This document shows positions 8,438 through 19,211 of a stretch of 64,000 nt of DNA, one piece after another. How positions within the stretch are numbered: position 1 is the stretch's first letter; each line of letters begins with the position of its first letter. Below the pieces are notes generated by a model. That model saw only the letters and a list, made by a program, of their open reading frames with translations. It was not told where the DNA came from and searched no databases. The DNA is from Ignavibacteriota bacterium (lineage in GTDB: Bacteria; Bacteroidota; Ignavibacteria; Palsa-1295), in the NCBI GenBank assembly GCA_963787835.1, contig CAWBEI010000002.1:1088001-1152000 (forward strand), read 5' to 3'. Position numbers and translations under genes: made by a program.

Positions 8438-10528
8438 ATTGCCCCGAACGCTCAGGAAACGAACCATCCCACGCCGGATAGCTTATGCCAATGCGGCGGA
8501 CCGGCGCTCACTACGGTGCCCACGAATGCCGGAACGAATTTCCTGCTCTGCTTCGAGGAGAATATCGACCAATACTACCATTCCATTTATTCCTCCGACG
8601 GCTATCTTGGGATCTATTGTGCCTCGCTCGGCACTCAGGATACGGTAACGATCACCTGCAAGCACTATCCATCGTTCAGTAAGGTGTTTATTTTAACACC
8701 GAATGGGTCGTTCACCTATACGGTCGCCGGAGATTCGCTGCTTTCCTGGATCGTCTCAAGCGAGGTGGTCGATGACCGTGTGGTGCAGGTTCACTCGACG
8801 TCACCGATCGTCTGCTACGGAATGAATTACAAGCGCTGGTCTGCCGACGCATTTTGCGCGCTTCCTCTGGAATATTCCGGCACAGATTACCGGGTGATGA
8901 GCTATGGCAGTTCTTCCGGCGCGATCGATGGCGGCGCCGCAAGCGGCGAATTTGCGGTCGCCGCGTTCGAGGATAACACGGTTGTGACGATCACGCCCAC
9001 TGTTCAAACAATAGGCGGCAATGCAGCCGGAGTTCCCGAAACGTTCACCCTCAATAAAGGAGAATGCGTCCAGGTCCAGGCCGATACCGTTGGCCACAAT
9101 AATGCGGACGCGTATCTCGATCTTACGGGTTCCATCATTACGTCGAACAAGCAGGTTGCGGTCTATGGAGGCCATGTGGAAACGGAAATACCGGATTTCT
9201 TCGTGCGCCCGTCGGATGATTATGTCACACGCGATATGCTGCTCGAAGCGTTGCCGCCAACCTCCGCATGGGGATATAGTTTTGTGCTGGAACCAATTAC
9301 GCTCGATAGCGCGGGCCACACTAATCCAGCCGGAGACCTTATGCGCGTGCTCGCGCTGGATTCCAATACGGAAGTATTCGTGAATGGTGAGCCGTGGGTT
9401 ACGCTCAACAGCCCGTCAAATATCAGTGCGTTTGCCGATTCGCTTATTACCATTCCAACGCTTGTGACATCGAGCAACCCGCTGATGGTAGCGGAGTATG
9501 CGCATTCGTCGTACACGTATTATGGCCCCGGTGATCCATTCCTTGCCATTGTTCCGCCGATGGAGCAAACCTACAATAACTACACCTTCTTTCTTCCACC
9601 GGACACTAATTTTAGTTACCAGGGTTTGATCGTCGCTGCGGATACGAATGCACAGGATAACATTCGGTTCGACGGGACGCTTATTCCGTCCTCGGAGTTC
9701 AAACCGGTTCCCGGAAACCTCAATGGGCGTTCGTTCTCGATCGGTGCGATAAGCAAATATTTTGGTTACAAGGGATTGCCGCAGGGCATTCACACGATCA
9801 GCACCACCTCTCCACCGGAACAGGGTTTTACGATATTAGGCTACGGCGTTGGTTTTGCGAATGCGTATGGATATGCGGCAGGGCAGCTTTTGGTGCCGAA
9901 GCGATCGATACGAATTGATAACCCTCCGGTAGTGAATGGTCCCGTGCATCCGAACACGCTTACATTCCACAACACAGCGTATCAGCCGGCGTATTTGGAT
10001 ACTGCGCTTTTCATTCCCGATGATTTTAAGAATGCTGCGTTCGGCATTCACATCGCAGAAAATGTAGCTCTGGATATTGGCCGTGTAGATATCGGCGGCA
10101 CCGGACAGATACATCTCGTGTCCGACATTCCGCTTAACTATCCCGTGAGCGGGGTCGTGAAAATAGTTAGCCATCTGCCATCGTACCCGAACATCGAGCC
10201 GGCAGAGATGCGCTATACACTGTACCCAGAAACTTCAGCGGGTGTGAGCAATCCTAACGATCTTTCGCTGAACGTAACAGCCACGCCAAATCCGTTTTCC
10301 AGCTACACCACAATCAACTTCTCGCTTCCGGAAGCCGGCGATATTACCATAAAATTATATGATGAACTTGGCCGGATCATCCGTCATGTGGCTTCGAGCG
10401 AATTTTCGGCAGGGCCGTATTCTGTGGGCATCGGTCGGTTCGGGCTTGCAAATGGTGTCTATACCTGTGTGATAGCATCAAGCAGGCTGAATATTCACGT
10501 GCGTATTCCGATCGTGGCCGGCGAGTAA
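8333..10528 (+). CDS. Secreted IgGFc-binding (FCGBP N-terminal-like) domain protein with T9SS-type C-terminal sorting domain
   Basis: SADAF..LP...GTDYRVMSY, E.LPPTSAWG and GDPFL.IVPP.EQ motifs. C-terminal PNPFSSYTTINF...LYDELGR...GVYTC. Exact start uncertain. Confidence 0.8.
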   Translation: MKYERGNGKVKAVMLWAAWVLRVLLLFILHTSYFIIAPNAQETNHPTPDSLCQCGGPALTTVPTNAGTNFLLCFEENIDQYYHSIYSSDGYLGIYCASLGTQDTVTITCKHYPSFSKVFILTPNGSFTYTVAGDSLLSWIVSSEVVDDRVVQVHSTSPIVCYGMNYKRWSADAFCALPLEYSGTDYRVMSYGSSSGAIDGGAASGEFAVAAFEDNTVVTITPTVQTIGGNAAGVPETFTLNKGECVQVQADTVGHNNADAYLDLTGSIITSNKQVAVYGGHVETEIPDFFVRPSDDYVTRDMLLEALPPTSAWGYSFVLEPITLDSAGHTNPAGDLMRVLALDSNTEVFVNGEPWVTLNSPSNISAFADSLITIPTLVTSSNPLMVAEYAHSSYTYYGPGDPFLAIVPPMEQTYNNYTFFLPPDTNFSYQGLIVAADTNAQDNIRFDGTLIPSSEFKPVPGNLNGRSFSIGAISKYFGYKGLPQGIHTISTTSPPEQGFTILGYGVGFANAYGYAAGQLLVPKRSIRIDNPPVVNGPVHPNTLTFHNTAYQPAYLDTALFIPDDFKNAAFGIHIAENVALDIGRVDIGGTGQIHLVSDIPLNYPVSGVVKIVSHLPSYPNIEPAEMRYTLYPETSAGVSNPNDLSLNVTATPNPFSSYTTINFSLPEAGDITIKLYDELGRIIRHVASSEFSAGPYSVGIGRFGLANGVYTCVIASSRLNIHVRIPIVAGE

Positions 10529-10590
10529 GTCTCCTGGTATTCCATAATTCACACTTCATACTTGCACCGAGGGTGTAACAAAACTCTGGA

Positions 10591-11034
10591 ATGCGAATTC
10601 TTTTACAACGGGTAAGTAGTGCTTCCGTGAGGGTGGGAGATGAGGTCGTGGGCCAAATAGGCCGCGGCCTGCTGGCTTTCATCGGAATTCGCGAGAGTGA
10701 CACCGAGGAAACAGCCAAATGGATGGCCGAAAAAGTCGAAAATCTGCGTATTTTCGAGGATCAGGACGGGAAGATGAATCTGTCGGTCAGGGAGATGGGT
10801 GGAAGCATCCTCGCCGTAAGCCAATTCACGCTTTATGGTGAAGCGTCCAAAGGCAACCGGCCAAACTTCCTGGCTGCCGCCGCACCGGATAAAGCCGAAA
10901 GGATCTATGAGATCTTGTTAGGTTATCTTGTGGCGCGGTTAGGGCCGGAAAAGGTCGCTTCGGGGCGCTTCCGTGCGAAAATGAAGGTCGAACTCGTGAA
11001 CGAAGGGCCGGTCACGATCCTGCTCGAACGGTAA
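10591..11034 (+). CDS. dtd: D-aminoacyl-tRNA deacylase
   Basis: QRVSSASV, SQFTL, KGNRP and NEGPVT motifs. Confidence 0.96.
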   Translation: MRILLQRVSSASVRVGDEVVGQIGRGLLAFIGIRESDTEETAKWMAEKVENLRIFEDQDGKMNLSVREMGGSILAVSQFTLYGEASKGNRPNFLAAAAPDKAERIYEILLGYLVARLGPEKVASGRFRAKMKVELVNEGPVTILLER

Positions 11035-11139
11035 CTGATTTCTTCTGTTCTTTTGTTGTTAACGGAGTTCGCCAGGGCGTAACGGTCTTGCTTTGGCACC
11101 TTGAATGCTTTTTCGTCAACATTAATAATCTTTTGTCCG

Positions 11140-13314
11140 ATGACTACATTGTATCGCATTCCCTCGAGTCGGCTTCATAATAGTTCCACGCTCCGCGCGC
11201 TGTTCGTGTGTTGCAGGATAGTGGTTGCCTCGTGCCTCGTCATTCCGGCTACGGGAAACGCCCAGCAATCCAGAGGCCCGGTATATGACACGGCCTGCCA
11301 ATGCGGTGGTCCGGCGCTTACATCTGTCGCGACGAATGCAGGAACGAATTTCTTGCTGTGCTTCGAGCAGAATAATTATCCCGGGTATGAAACCGGCGGT
11401 TACCTCGAAGTCTATGTGGCTTCGCTTGGAGACACCGCGACCGTTACGATCACAAGCCGGTTGCACCCGTCATTGAACAAAGTGTTCTTCCTGCAGGCCA
11501 ACTCCTCCATCTCGTATGACATTTCGGATGATACGATACCGGGGGGGGGACAGATGCAGGATCTTTGGATCGTTTCCGACGAGGTTCCCGATAATACGGT
11601 CGTGCAGGTTCAGGCCACGGCGCCGGTCGTTTGCTATGGCCTGGATTACAAGATCTTTACCGCGGACGCATTTTGCGCTATTTCGGCGCAATCGGCAGGT
11701 ACCGATTATCGTGTCATTAGCTATCCTAATTCCAACAACCAGATCTTCTTCTCGGATAACCAGGATTGGATGCCTTCTCAGTTCTCCGTTGCCGCATTCG
11801 AGGATGATGATACCGTTACCATCACACCTTCTGCTCCAACCTTAGGCGGTCATGTTGCCGGAGTTCCATTCAAAGTGGTGTTGCAGCAAGGGCAGTGTGT
11901 GCAGGTGCAGACGGATCCCTCTGTGGATGGCCTCGACCTTACCGGATCGATGGTGTCGGCGACGCATCCCGTTACGGTCTATGGTAGCCATGCGCGCACA
12001 GAAGTTCCTTCGGACTGGCAGCGCCCGCAAGCCGATGGCGGAAGTGTTAGCCGGGACATGCTGCTCGAAACGATGCCTCCCACCAGCGACTGGGGCGATA
12101 ACTTCGTGCTTAATGCCGTGGTTATCGATAACAAAGGCACGCTCGATCCCAACGGCACGGTGATGCGCGTGCTTGCGCTCAACGATAATACGGCGGTCAG
12201 CGTCAATGGCGATCCCTGGGTAACGCTGAGCCACAATCAGTTCAAAGACTCAACGATCCGTGGACCGGTGTTGGTTACCTCGACGGGTCCGCTGCTTGTT
12301 GGAGAAATTGAACATACGGATTATACCACCAACAGTAATGGCGATCCATTTCTTGCTATCGTTCCACCGGTTGACCAAACCTATAACAATTTTACATTTT
12401 TTCTGGGCGATTCCACTATTTTTAATTATCAGGGTGTGATCATTGCCGCCGATACCAGTTGTATTGGAAGTATTGTGCTCGATGGAACCCCCCTGCCGCG
12501 CTCGTTTTTTAAACTCGTACCTGGCTCGGTGAACGGGCGATCGTTTGCGATCCTGGACTATCCAAGATCACAGGGCCCGCACAAGATCAGCACGACCCAA
12601 TTGCCGGAACAGGGTTTTACTATCTTAGCGCATGGTGAAGGAGATGTCATTTCTTATGGTTACACCGCAGGCTCGCTGCTGGTACCCAAACGCTCGATCA
12701 TGATCGAATATCCACCGGTGACGAACAGGCAGATTCATACGAATACTCTCAACTTCCACAATGGCGCCTATCAACCTGCGTATTTGGATAGCGCCACATT
12801 CATTCCAGATGATTTTAAGAATGCCGCGTTCGGTATTCATACCGCAGAAAATGTAGCGCTCGACATTGGCCGCGTGGATATTGGTGGCAGCGGGCAGGTG
12901 CATCTTGTTTCCGATATTCCACTCAACTATCCGGTCAGTGGGACGCTGAACATCTTCTCGCATTTGCCCTCGTATTTTAACATTGAGCCAGGGCAGATGC
13001 ACTTCACGCTCTATCCGGATGCAGCGGATGTAGCCCAGGCCGGGCAGACGCTGTTGAATCTAACGGCAAGCCCCAACCCATTTTCTGCCTATACGACGAT
13101 CAATTTTACAGTTCCTCAGACTGGCGACATCACGGTCACGCTGTACGATCAACTTGGTCGCGTGGTGAAGCATGTTGCATCCAGAGAATTCACTGCCGGA
13201 CCGTATTCATTCCAGATCGAGCGAAATGGCTTACCCAGTGGTGTGTATGTGTGCGAGGTTACATCCGCACAATTGAACATCCATGCTCGCATTCCGATTA
13301 TCGCCGGCGAATAA
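11140..13314 (+). CDS. Secreted IgGFc-binding domain protein with T9SS-type CTD, paralog of 8333-10528
   Basis: Shares CQCGGPALT..TNAGTNFLLCFE, AYQPAYLD..FIPDDFKNAAFGIH and terminal IPI.AGE with its paralog. Confidence 0.8.
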   Translation: MTTLYRIPSSRLHNSSTLRALFVCCRIVVASCLVIPATGNAQQSRGPVYDTACQCGGPALTSVATNAGTNFLLCFEQNNYPGYETGGYLEVYVASLGDTATVTITSRLHPSLNKVFFLQANSSISYDISDDTIPGGGQMQDLWIVSDEVPDNTVVQVQATAPVVCYGLDYKIFTADAFCAISAQSAGTDYRVISYPNSNNQIFFSDNQDWMPSQFSVAAFEDDDTVTITPSAPTLGGHVAGVPFKVVLQQGQCVQVQTDPSVDGLDLTGSMVSATHPVTVYGSHARTEVPSDWQRPQADGGSVSRDMLLETMPPTSDWGDNFVLNAVVIDNKGTLDPNGTVMRVLALNDNTAVSVNGDPWVTLSHNQFKDSTIRGPVLVTSTGPLLVGEIEHTDYTTNSNGDPFLAIVPPVDQTYNNFTFFLGDSTIFNYQGVIIAADTSCIGSIVLDGTPLPRSFFKLVPGSVNGRSFAILDYPRSQGPHKISTTQLPEQGFTILAHGEGDVISYGYTAGSLLVPKRSIMIEYPPVTNRQIHTNTLNFHNGAYQPAYLDSATFIPDDFKNAAFGIHTAENVALDIGRVDIGGSGQVHLVSDIPLNYPVSGTLNIFSHLPSYFNIEPGQMHFTLYPDAADVAQAGQTLLNLTASPNPFSAYTTINFTVPQTGDITVTLYDQLGRVVKHVASREFTAGPYSFQIERNGLPSGVYVCEVTSAQLNIHARIPIIAGE

Positions 13315-13331
13315 TTTTTAGGGGATGAGGA

Positions 13332-15677
13332 ATGAAGCATGAAGATCAGGTAAGGGAAAGGGAAGCCTCGTTCGCTGCTCGAACGAGGTTCGTCCTATAT
13401 AGTTTTTTCTCCCTTTCACTGTTCTTCACTTTTTGCATTACGGGTGTTCCGTCTTCTTTCGCACAGACCACCGATACGCTTCTCAAGATCGTTCCGGCCG
13501 ATACGATCGATTTTGGCAGGGTACGGCTCGGGCATCAGCGCGATAGCCTGTTTACGATCGAGAACAATGGAACGTTTATATCTCAGCAACTGGAACTGAT
13601 CGATCTGAATTATTCCGTCGCGCTGCTGGGAACCGATTTCACGTCCGATAACATAAAAAGTCCATCAGACTCATTGATCCTCGATCCAAAGAGCAATCCC
13701 ACCGCTTCTGACACGATCCATTTTCGCCCGACGACATTGGGGCCTGCCTTTGGGAACATTCCAATTACGTGGATCGATATTCTGAAAGGCGATACACTTT
13801 CTACGCCCAACGTGGTATTACGCGGGATCGGTGTCGCCCCACATGTAGTATCGAGCGGAGATACCTTCCCGGATGTGCGAGTCGATAGCACTTCGTTGGT
13901 TGATTCGATCTATATCGTCAATCGCGGCACGGACACAACGGCCATCGACGCAGTTACGATCGTGAATACATCCGATCTCGCAGATTTTCTGGTCGCTCTC
14001 GATAGCTTTCCGCCCAGCAAGCCGCGAACGTTGCCGCTTGGATATGAAGGGAAAGATACGGCACTTATGTTCGAAGTTCAATTTCAGCCGAAATCGCTCG
14101 GTCAGAAGATGCTCGTCATTCGGATCCATACCGTGGATGATTCCGTCCTGTTCGATACGATCTGGGGAAGAGGGGTGGAACCATTAGTGCTGCTGGACAC
14201 GAATGTCATCGATTTCGGAACGATCTTGGTTCAAAAGAATGGCAGTCCGGATTCGACCGTTTCGGAGTCCTTCGTTATTTCGAACACCGGCACATTCCCG
14301 GCAGTGTTAGATACTCTTACGGATCGCGATACGGCTGGGAACTTCACCGTGCTGGCCGGTCAACCGCCTATCTCTCACGAAACACTGGCCGTCGGTAGCA
14401 ACCAGACTGTTCTGGTTCAATTCAATATTACGCAGGAAGGAGATTTTTTCGACACAGTCTTTATTCCAAACGACACACGTTACGGGCTATACAGCGTGTA
14501 CAGCACATATCAGCCGACGATCGTTCTGAAGGCTAAAGTGCGAACGGGATCCATCGGCTCTTATTCGGCATCGTTCGATACGATACGATCCTGTGATACG
14601 GTAAGCGACACGGTCTTGGTCACAAACCCCTATCCCGTCGAGGTCTATATCGATAGCATCGCCCTTGTCTCGGATACTGCAGGATTCAGCTACCGGCAAA
14701 ACACGTTTTTGCACAAGATCAGCATTCCTCCGAATGGGTCCTATCCGTTATATCTTGACTATTCCTTCCCGTATGACAGCGTGAATGGTTCACAGGTCAT
14801 GAAAATGGCGCTCTTCCAACGCCATCTGGATAACGATCCCACCGTTGTCGATACAGTCACAGCTACGCTGGTTCGCAAGGAGCAGATAGTGACGCTTTCC
14901 GCGCAATTGCCGGCTGCCGGCGCTACTGGTACCAGTGCCGCAGATATTACAGAACTACGATTGCCGATCACGTTCGATGGGCCGCGCTCCGGTGTAACAG
15001 AGTTTAACAATTGGACGCTTTCCTTTCAATTCTCGAACGATCTCTTTGCGCCAACAGGCATCGATACTACCGGATCGCTTTCGGTGCCGGGAGATCCTTC
15101 TTACTCATTAACGACGTATTGGGATCAGTCCACGCGGACCTACACGATCATTGCTACGGGGACAGCAGTTTCCGATCCTGCGAAGATCGCCAATAAGCTC
15201 CTCTTTACGATGCTGATGCAGGCGTATGTGACGACCGATACCGTTGTAACGATATCGCCTTTGCTTGCATGGGCCCAACGGCCTTGTGCGTATGCGCTTC
15301 AGAGTTTTACGCTATCGCTTCCGTATGCAGAGGATTGCGGCAACCAAACCCTGCGCGAATTTATGCAGGGAGGCACTCCATCATTCATTCTTACAGGGAC
15401 TTGGCCCGACCCCGTTATAAATGGGGATGGCGTTTCGATCGGCTATCGAGCCGGGCTGCCATGCCAAGTTAAAACAAGCATTTTTAGCGAGTCCGGCGAG
15501 CAACTTGGGCATGTCGAGGAGACGATCGGCGCGGGGATCGGCACCATTAATCTGCCCCAGGAGTTGCTTCCGGCATCTGGGCTTGCGTTCATTCGAGTCG
15601 AGGCCGTGAGTAATACGAACGATGCGAATGGGGGGATCTCAACAATTCAAAACTGCAAGGTCGCTGTCATGAAATAG
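13332..15677 (+). CDS. Secreted protein with Ig-like ASH/choice-of-anchor-D repeats, a cohesin-like domain and a degenerate T9SS-type CTD
   Basis: Repeated IDFG...I.N.G...F.P...G..L.G.G units and a WPDP-type CTD start. Confidence 0.7.
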   Translation: MKHEDQVREREASFAARTRFVLYSFFSLSLFFTFCITGVPSSFAQTTDTLLKIVPADTIDFGRVRLGHQRDSLFTIENNGTFISQQLELIDLNYSVALLGTDFTSDNIKSPSDSLILDPKSNPTASDTIHFRPTTLGPAFGNIPITWIDILKGDTLSTPNVVLRGIGVAPHVVSSGDTFPDVRVDSTSLVDSIYIVNRGTDTTAIDAVTIVNTSDLADFLVALDSFPPSKPRTLPLGYEGKDTALMFEVQFQPKSLGQKMLVIRIHTVDDSVLFDTIWGRGVEPLVLLDTNVIDFGTILVQKNGSPDSTVSESFVISNTGTFPAVLDTLTDRDTAGNFTVLAGQPPISHETLAVGSNQTVLVQFNITQEGDFFDTVFIPNDTRYGLYSVYSTYQPTIVLKAKVRTGSIGSYSASFDTIRSCDTVSDTVLVTNPYPVEVYIDSIALVSDTAGFSYRQNTFLHKISIPPNGSYPLYLDYSFPYDSVNGSQVMKMALFQRHLDNDPTVVDTVTATLVRKEQIVTLSAQLPAAGATGTSAADITELRLPITFDGPRSGVTEFNNWTLSFQFSNDLFAPTGIDTTGSLSVPGDPSYSLTTYWDQSTRTYTIIATGTAVSDPAKIANKLLFTMLMQAYVTTDTVVTISPLLAWAQRPCAYALQSFTLSLPYAEDCGNQTLREFMQGGTPSFILTGTWPDPVINGDGVSIGYRAGLPCQVKTSIFSESGEQLGHVEETIGAGIGTINLPQELLPASGLAFIRVEAVSNTNDANGGISTIQNCKVAVMK

Positions 15678-15805
15678 TCATGGGCAGACTAAAATAATTT
15701 TTATTTTTTATTGTAATTAATCTCTCGTTCCGGGTTTATAGAGATGTGAATAGTCGGTCATTCACGGTGTTTTGGTAGTAAACGAGGCCGGAAAGGTCAT
15801 TTCCC

Positions 15806-18800
15806 ATGCATCATCATCCGAACATCTTTCATCGAAGTTCTCAATGCCCTCGGAGCATCGGGAAGCGTTCTCGTGTATCGCTATTTATTTCCGTGTTGGC
15901 AGTGCTCTCTGTTTTTTGCAGCACACGTCTTCGTGCCCAGAGCGCTAACTATGATAATTTCGGTAAGGAGTTTTATGTGGCGTTTGGACCCAATGAAGGA
16001 GGCGAAGGTGATCTTACCTCCGAGACTGTAATGGATCTCTACATTACGAGTCATGTAATTGCACATGGGGAAGTAGATGTCCCAGCGCTTAATTTTTATC
16101 AGACGTTTACCACTACTCCCGGGCAGATCACGACCATCGTGCTGCCGAATGGAAATAATTTCTCACCGACGGTCGAGGTCACTCAAGATCAACAAGTTCT
16201 ACCGGGGATGGCCGTTCATATCACGAGCGACAGCGAGGTCGCGGTGTTTGGTATGAATCACAAGTTGTATTCCAGCGATGCGTTCATGGGCTTGCCTACC
16301 AATGTGCTCGGCACGGAATATCGGACCATGAATTACCCATCCTCAGACAATCAGGGCGATGTGCAGCCTGGAATGTTTCTCATCGTAGCTGTTGTGGACT
16401 CGACCAATGTGACCATTACCCTTCGAGATGCTTCCACGGGTAGCCCCGCGGGTTTGCCGTTTAATATCCTGCTCGATAAAGGCGATGTGTATCTTGTAGA
16501 GGGTACGTATGACCTAAGTGATGATCTGACGGGCAGCTTGATAGAATCCGATGAGCCCATTGCCGTGTTTAGTGGCCACCATCGCACGGCGATCCCCGAT
16601 ACGGCCGTTAACATCGAGCGAGCTCCCAGCCGTGACCATTTGGTGGAGCAATTGCCGCCGGTAAGCGCCTGGGGCGATTCCGCGCTCGTTGTTCCCTATG
16701 CCACATCCATGTTACCCGATCTGGTTCGCGTTGTATGCGCTGAAGATAGCACGCAGATCTCCGTTAATGGAAAAATCATTCCGGGAACGTTCAATGCCGG
16801 TGATTTTTATGAAATCACTCACCTTGCCGGAGTGACCTCTATCCAGGCATCCAAGCCGATCGAGGTAGGCCAATTCATGCATACCAGTTTGGGAGCGTTG
16901 GGAGATCCGCGACTTCCGGCCTATGGCGATCCTGCGCTTGCACTTGTGTTCCCTGTCGAGCAATTTAAGAATGCTTATACCATTATTAGCATTGTCAATC
17001 CCGATGCCTTTACTGGAAATTTTGTGAACATCGTGGCCGATGCGAGTTCCATCGGTACAATGACGATCGATGGAGCGCCGATCGATCCGAATGAGTTTTA
17101 TTCCATCCCCAATACCCGCTTTGACTACGCGCAGCATCAGCTCCAGCAAGGGACGCATAATATTACAGGGAGCAGCCCCTTTGGGGTCACCGTGTACGCG
17201 CTCGGACCTGTCGATAGCTACTCCTACACTGGCGGTACGCTGCTCAAGACCATCACTCCGCTCGAAACCGTCGGACTGGTTATCGACTTCGGAGACCGCG
17301 TCCTTAATCCATCGAACCTCAAAGGCCCTCCGTTTGTCGGCGGAATCTTCGATACTACGGTCGTCTTGAGAAATATTTCCGAAGATACGGTGAATATTTA
17401 TTCCTTCCCAAAGCGTATTCAGGATACCGACCGATTTAACGTGGTTGCTACCACCCCTCCGTCAGGAGCTCCTGCGGGAATCGCGCCTGCGTTAACCATC
17501 CCGCCGCTCGGGGTTGATTCGTTCACGATACAGTTCCAGCCCCATGAGGTCAACCGCCGCATGCACACGCAGATCACAGCAAACACGGATCACCTCCGCG
17601 CGTATGTTGTCGATGTTTATGGTCGCGGTGTTGAGGACGATATGGGTCTTTTTGCAGATACCAATAAGACATTAAAGATCGACACTCTGAATTTTGGCAC
17701 CTTTACCGATCAGGATAACCCGGATGATTCCGAGATCTATGTCGGAAATGCCGGTTCGGACTCGATGCAAGTGAATGTGGTTTCGATCACCACGCACACG
17801 AGTCCTGACCCATTTTCTCAGATCGGAGCTAGCAATCACGGAGGAGCGGTTACGCTTCCATTCTCCATTGCCGCTGCTCCTTCCGCTCCGGCTCGTATTT
17901 CGCTTCGGTTCTCACCATTCGGAATGACAAAGGGTCTGTATTCCGATTCCATCCTTGTTACTTCAACCAGTATTGGCGATACTGCTGCCGACGGTGGGCC
18001 GCTTCAGAGCACGCATATCGTAGTGCTTATCGGTCGTGTCGATTCGATCGTAGGCCTTCAGACCGGGGTGGATACCGTTACCTGGGGAACCACAGAAGTG
18101 TGCTCCGACTCCGTATATCGAATTCTCATTCCTAATCCGAACGACCTTCCTGTGACTGTCACCTCCGCGAATATCATCGGCGTGAATGCTTCTGATTTTG
18201 TTCTCTCTACGAAAACGCCGCTCGTCATCCCTCCCGGACAGACGGACACCGTCCAAGTCAATTTCCTTCCTACTGCGCGGGGGATCAGAACCGCTCAGGC
18301 GATCCTCACCTACAATCTCCCCAAAAATGCTCCCATCGACACGGTAAACCTTTCGGGAACTGGTGACAAACCCACGCTCGAACTTGCTGCCAGCCAAACC
18401 TTGCACTCGTATATCCTTGACAATTATTTCCTCATGCCCATCTACGCGGTAACGAATATGGATATTATCGGGTGTGATGGGTACCACATTTATGTGCAAT
18501 ATGACTCGGTTCATCTCAAGCTGCTCGATGTCGTCACGGCCGGGACATTCACGCCGGGAGGCTATCTTTCGATTCAATCCTCTACGCCGCCGGGACATGA
18601 TACTATTAATTTCCAGCAGGGAGGGGAAGGAAGTACGATCGCTCCTGTGATCATCTCAGGCGGTGGCTGCAATCCAGGCGATTCCGGATGCCTTCCGCTT
18701 GTGTATCTAAAGTTTCAGGCCAGTACCGCTGGTGCAGACCCACTGACGTATGAGCAAGGGTTCCCGATCAATTTTACGATGACCTTCGATGATTCCCGTC

Positions 18801-19177
18801 TGCCCTACGCATGCGCCGATCACATCTTCGATAGCGGCTACGTCGTCATAGGGCCCATTTGCGATACCCAGTTCCTCGAGCAACAGCCCACCGTGCCATC
18901 TGCCATGATGCTCGGCACGCCGGTGCCAAACCCTGCGGGAACCGCAACAAGTAATAAGCCGACTTCCATTCAATATGATGTCGATACAGCAATACTCGTC
19001 ACTATTGATCTGACGGACGAGCAAGGTAATCGTGTCCAGACGCTGGTTAACGATGTCAGGACGCCGGGCTACTACACCACGACCGTCGATCCGGCTAATT
19101 TGCCCAGCGGACTCTATTACCTCCGTATGAGCGCCGGAGCCTATCAGAGGATCAGAAATCTCGTTATTCAAAAGTAA
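15806..19177 (+). CDS. Large secreted protein: IgGFc-binding domain, ASH/Ig repeats, cohesin-like domain, T9SS-type CTD
   Basis: DNFGKEFYVAF, SSDAFMGLP..LGTEY, DHLVEQLPPVSAWG and GDPAL motifs. C-terminal PNP...LPSGLYYLRM. Confidence 0.8.
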   Translation: MHHHPNIFHRSSQCPRSIGKRSRVSLFISVLAVLSVFCSTRLRAQSANYDNFGKEFYVAFGPNEGGEGDLTSETVMDLYITSHVIAHGEVDVPALNFYQTFTTTPGQITTIVLPNGNNFSPTVEVTQDQQVLPGMAVHITSDSEVAVFGMNHKLYSSDAFMGLPTNVLGTEYRTMNYPSSDNQGDVQPGMFLIVAVVDSTNVTITLRDASTGSPAGLPFNILLDKGDVYLVEGTYDLSDDLTGSLIESDEPIAVFSGHHRTAIPDTAVNIERAPSRDHLVEQLPPVSAWGDSALVVPYATSMLPDLVRVVCAEDSTQISVNGKIIPGTFNAGDFYEITHLAGVTSIQASKPIEVGQFMHTSLGALGDPRLPAYGDPALALVFPVEQFKNAYTIISIVNPDAFTGNFVNIVADASSIGTMTIDGAPIDPNEFYSIPNTRFDYAQHQLQQGTHNITGSSPFGVTVYALGPVDSYSYTGGTLLKTITPLETVGLVIDFGDRVLNPSNLKGPPFVGGIFDTTVVLRNISEDTVNIYSFPKRIQDTDRFNVVATTPPSGAPAGIAPALTIPPLGVDSFTIQFQPHEVNRRMHTQITANTDHLRAYVVDVYGRGVEDDMGLFADTNKTLKIDTLNFGTFTDQDNPDDSEIYVGNAGSDSMQVNVVSITTHTSPDPFSQIGASNHGGAVTLPFSIAAAPSAPARISLRFSPFGMTKGLYSDSILVTSTSIGDTAADGGPLQSTHIVVLIGRVDSIVGLQTGVDTVTWGTTEVCSDSVYRILIPNPNDLPVTVTSANIIGVNASDFVLSTKTPLVIPPGQTDTVQVNFLPTARGIRTAQAILTYNLPKNAPIDTVNLSGTGDKPTLELAASQTLHSYILDNYFLMPIYAVTNMDIIGCDGYHIYVQYDSVHLKLLDVVTAGTFTPGGYLSIQSSTPPGHDTINFQQGGEGSTIAPVIISGGGCNPGDSGCLPLVYLKFQASTAGADPLTYEQGFPINFTMTFDDSRLPYACADHIFDSGYVVIGPICDTQFLEQQPTVPSAMMLGTPVPNPAGTATSNKPTSIQYDVDTAILVTIDLTDEQGNRVQTLVNDVRTPGYYTTTVDPANLPSGLYYLRMSAGAYQRIRNLVIQK

Positions 19178-19211
19178 TAGTATATCTTCGATCTAAAATG
19201 CTTGCATAATA

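Noticed and set aside
15690-15805. Possible riboswitch upstream of the 1123-aa surface protein
   Set aside because: Only short 6-bp stems (ATCTCT/AGAGAT, GTGAAT/ATTCAC) are present, and I could not match them to any aptamer consensus.
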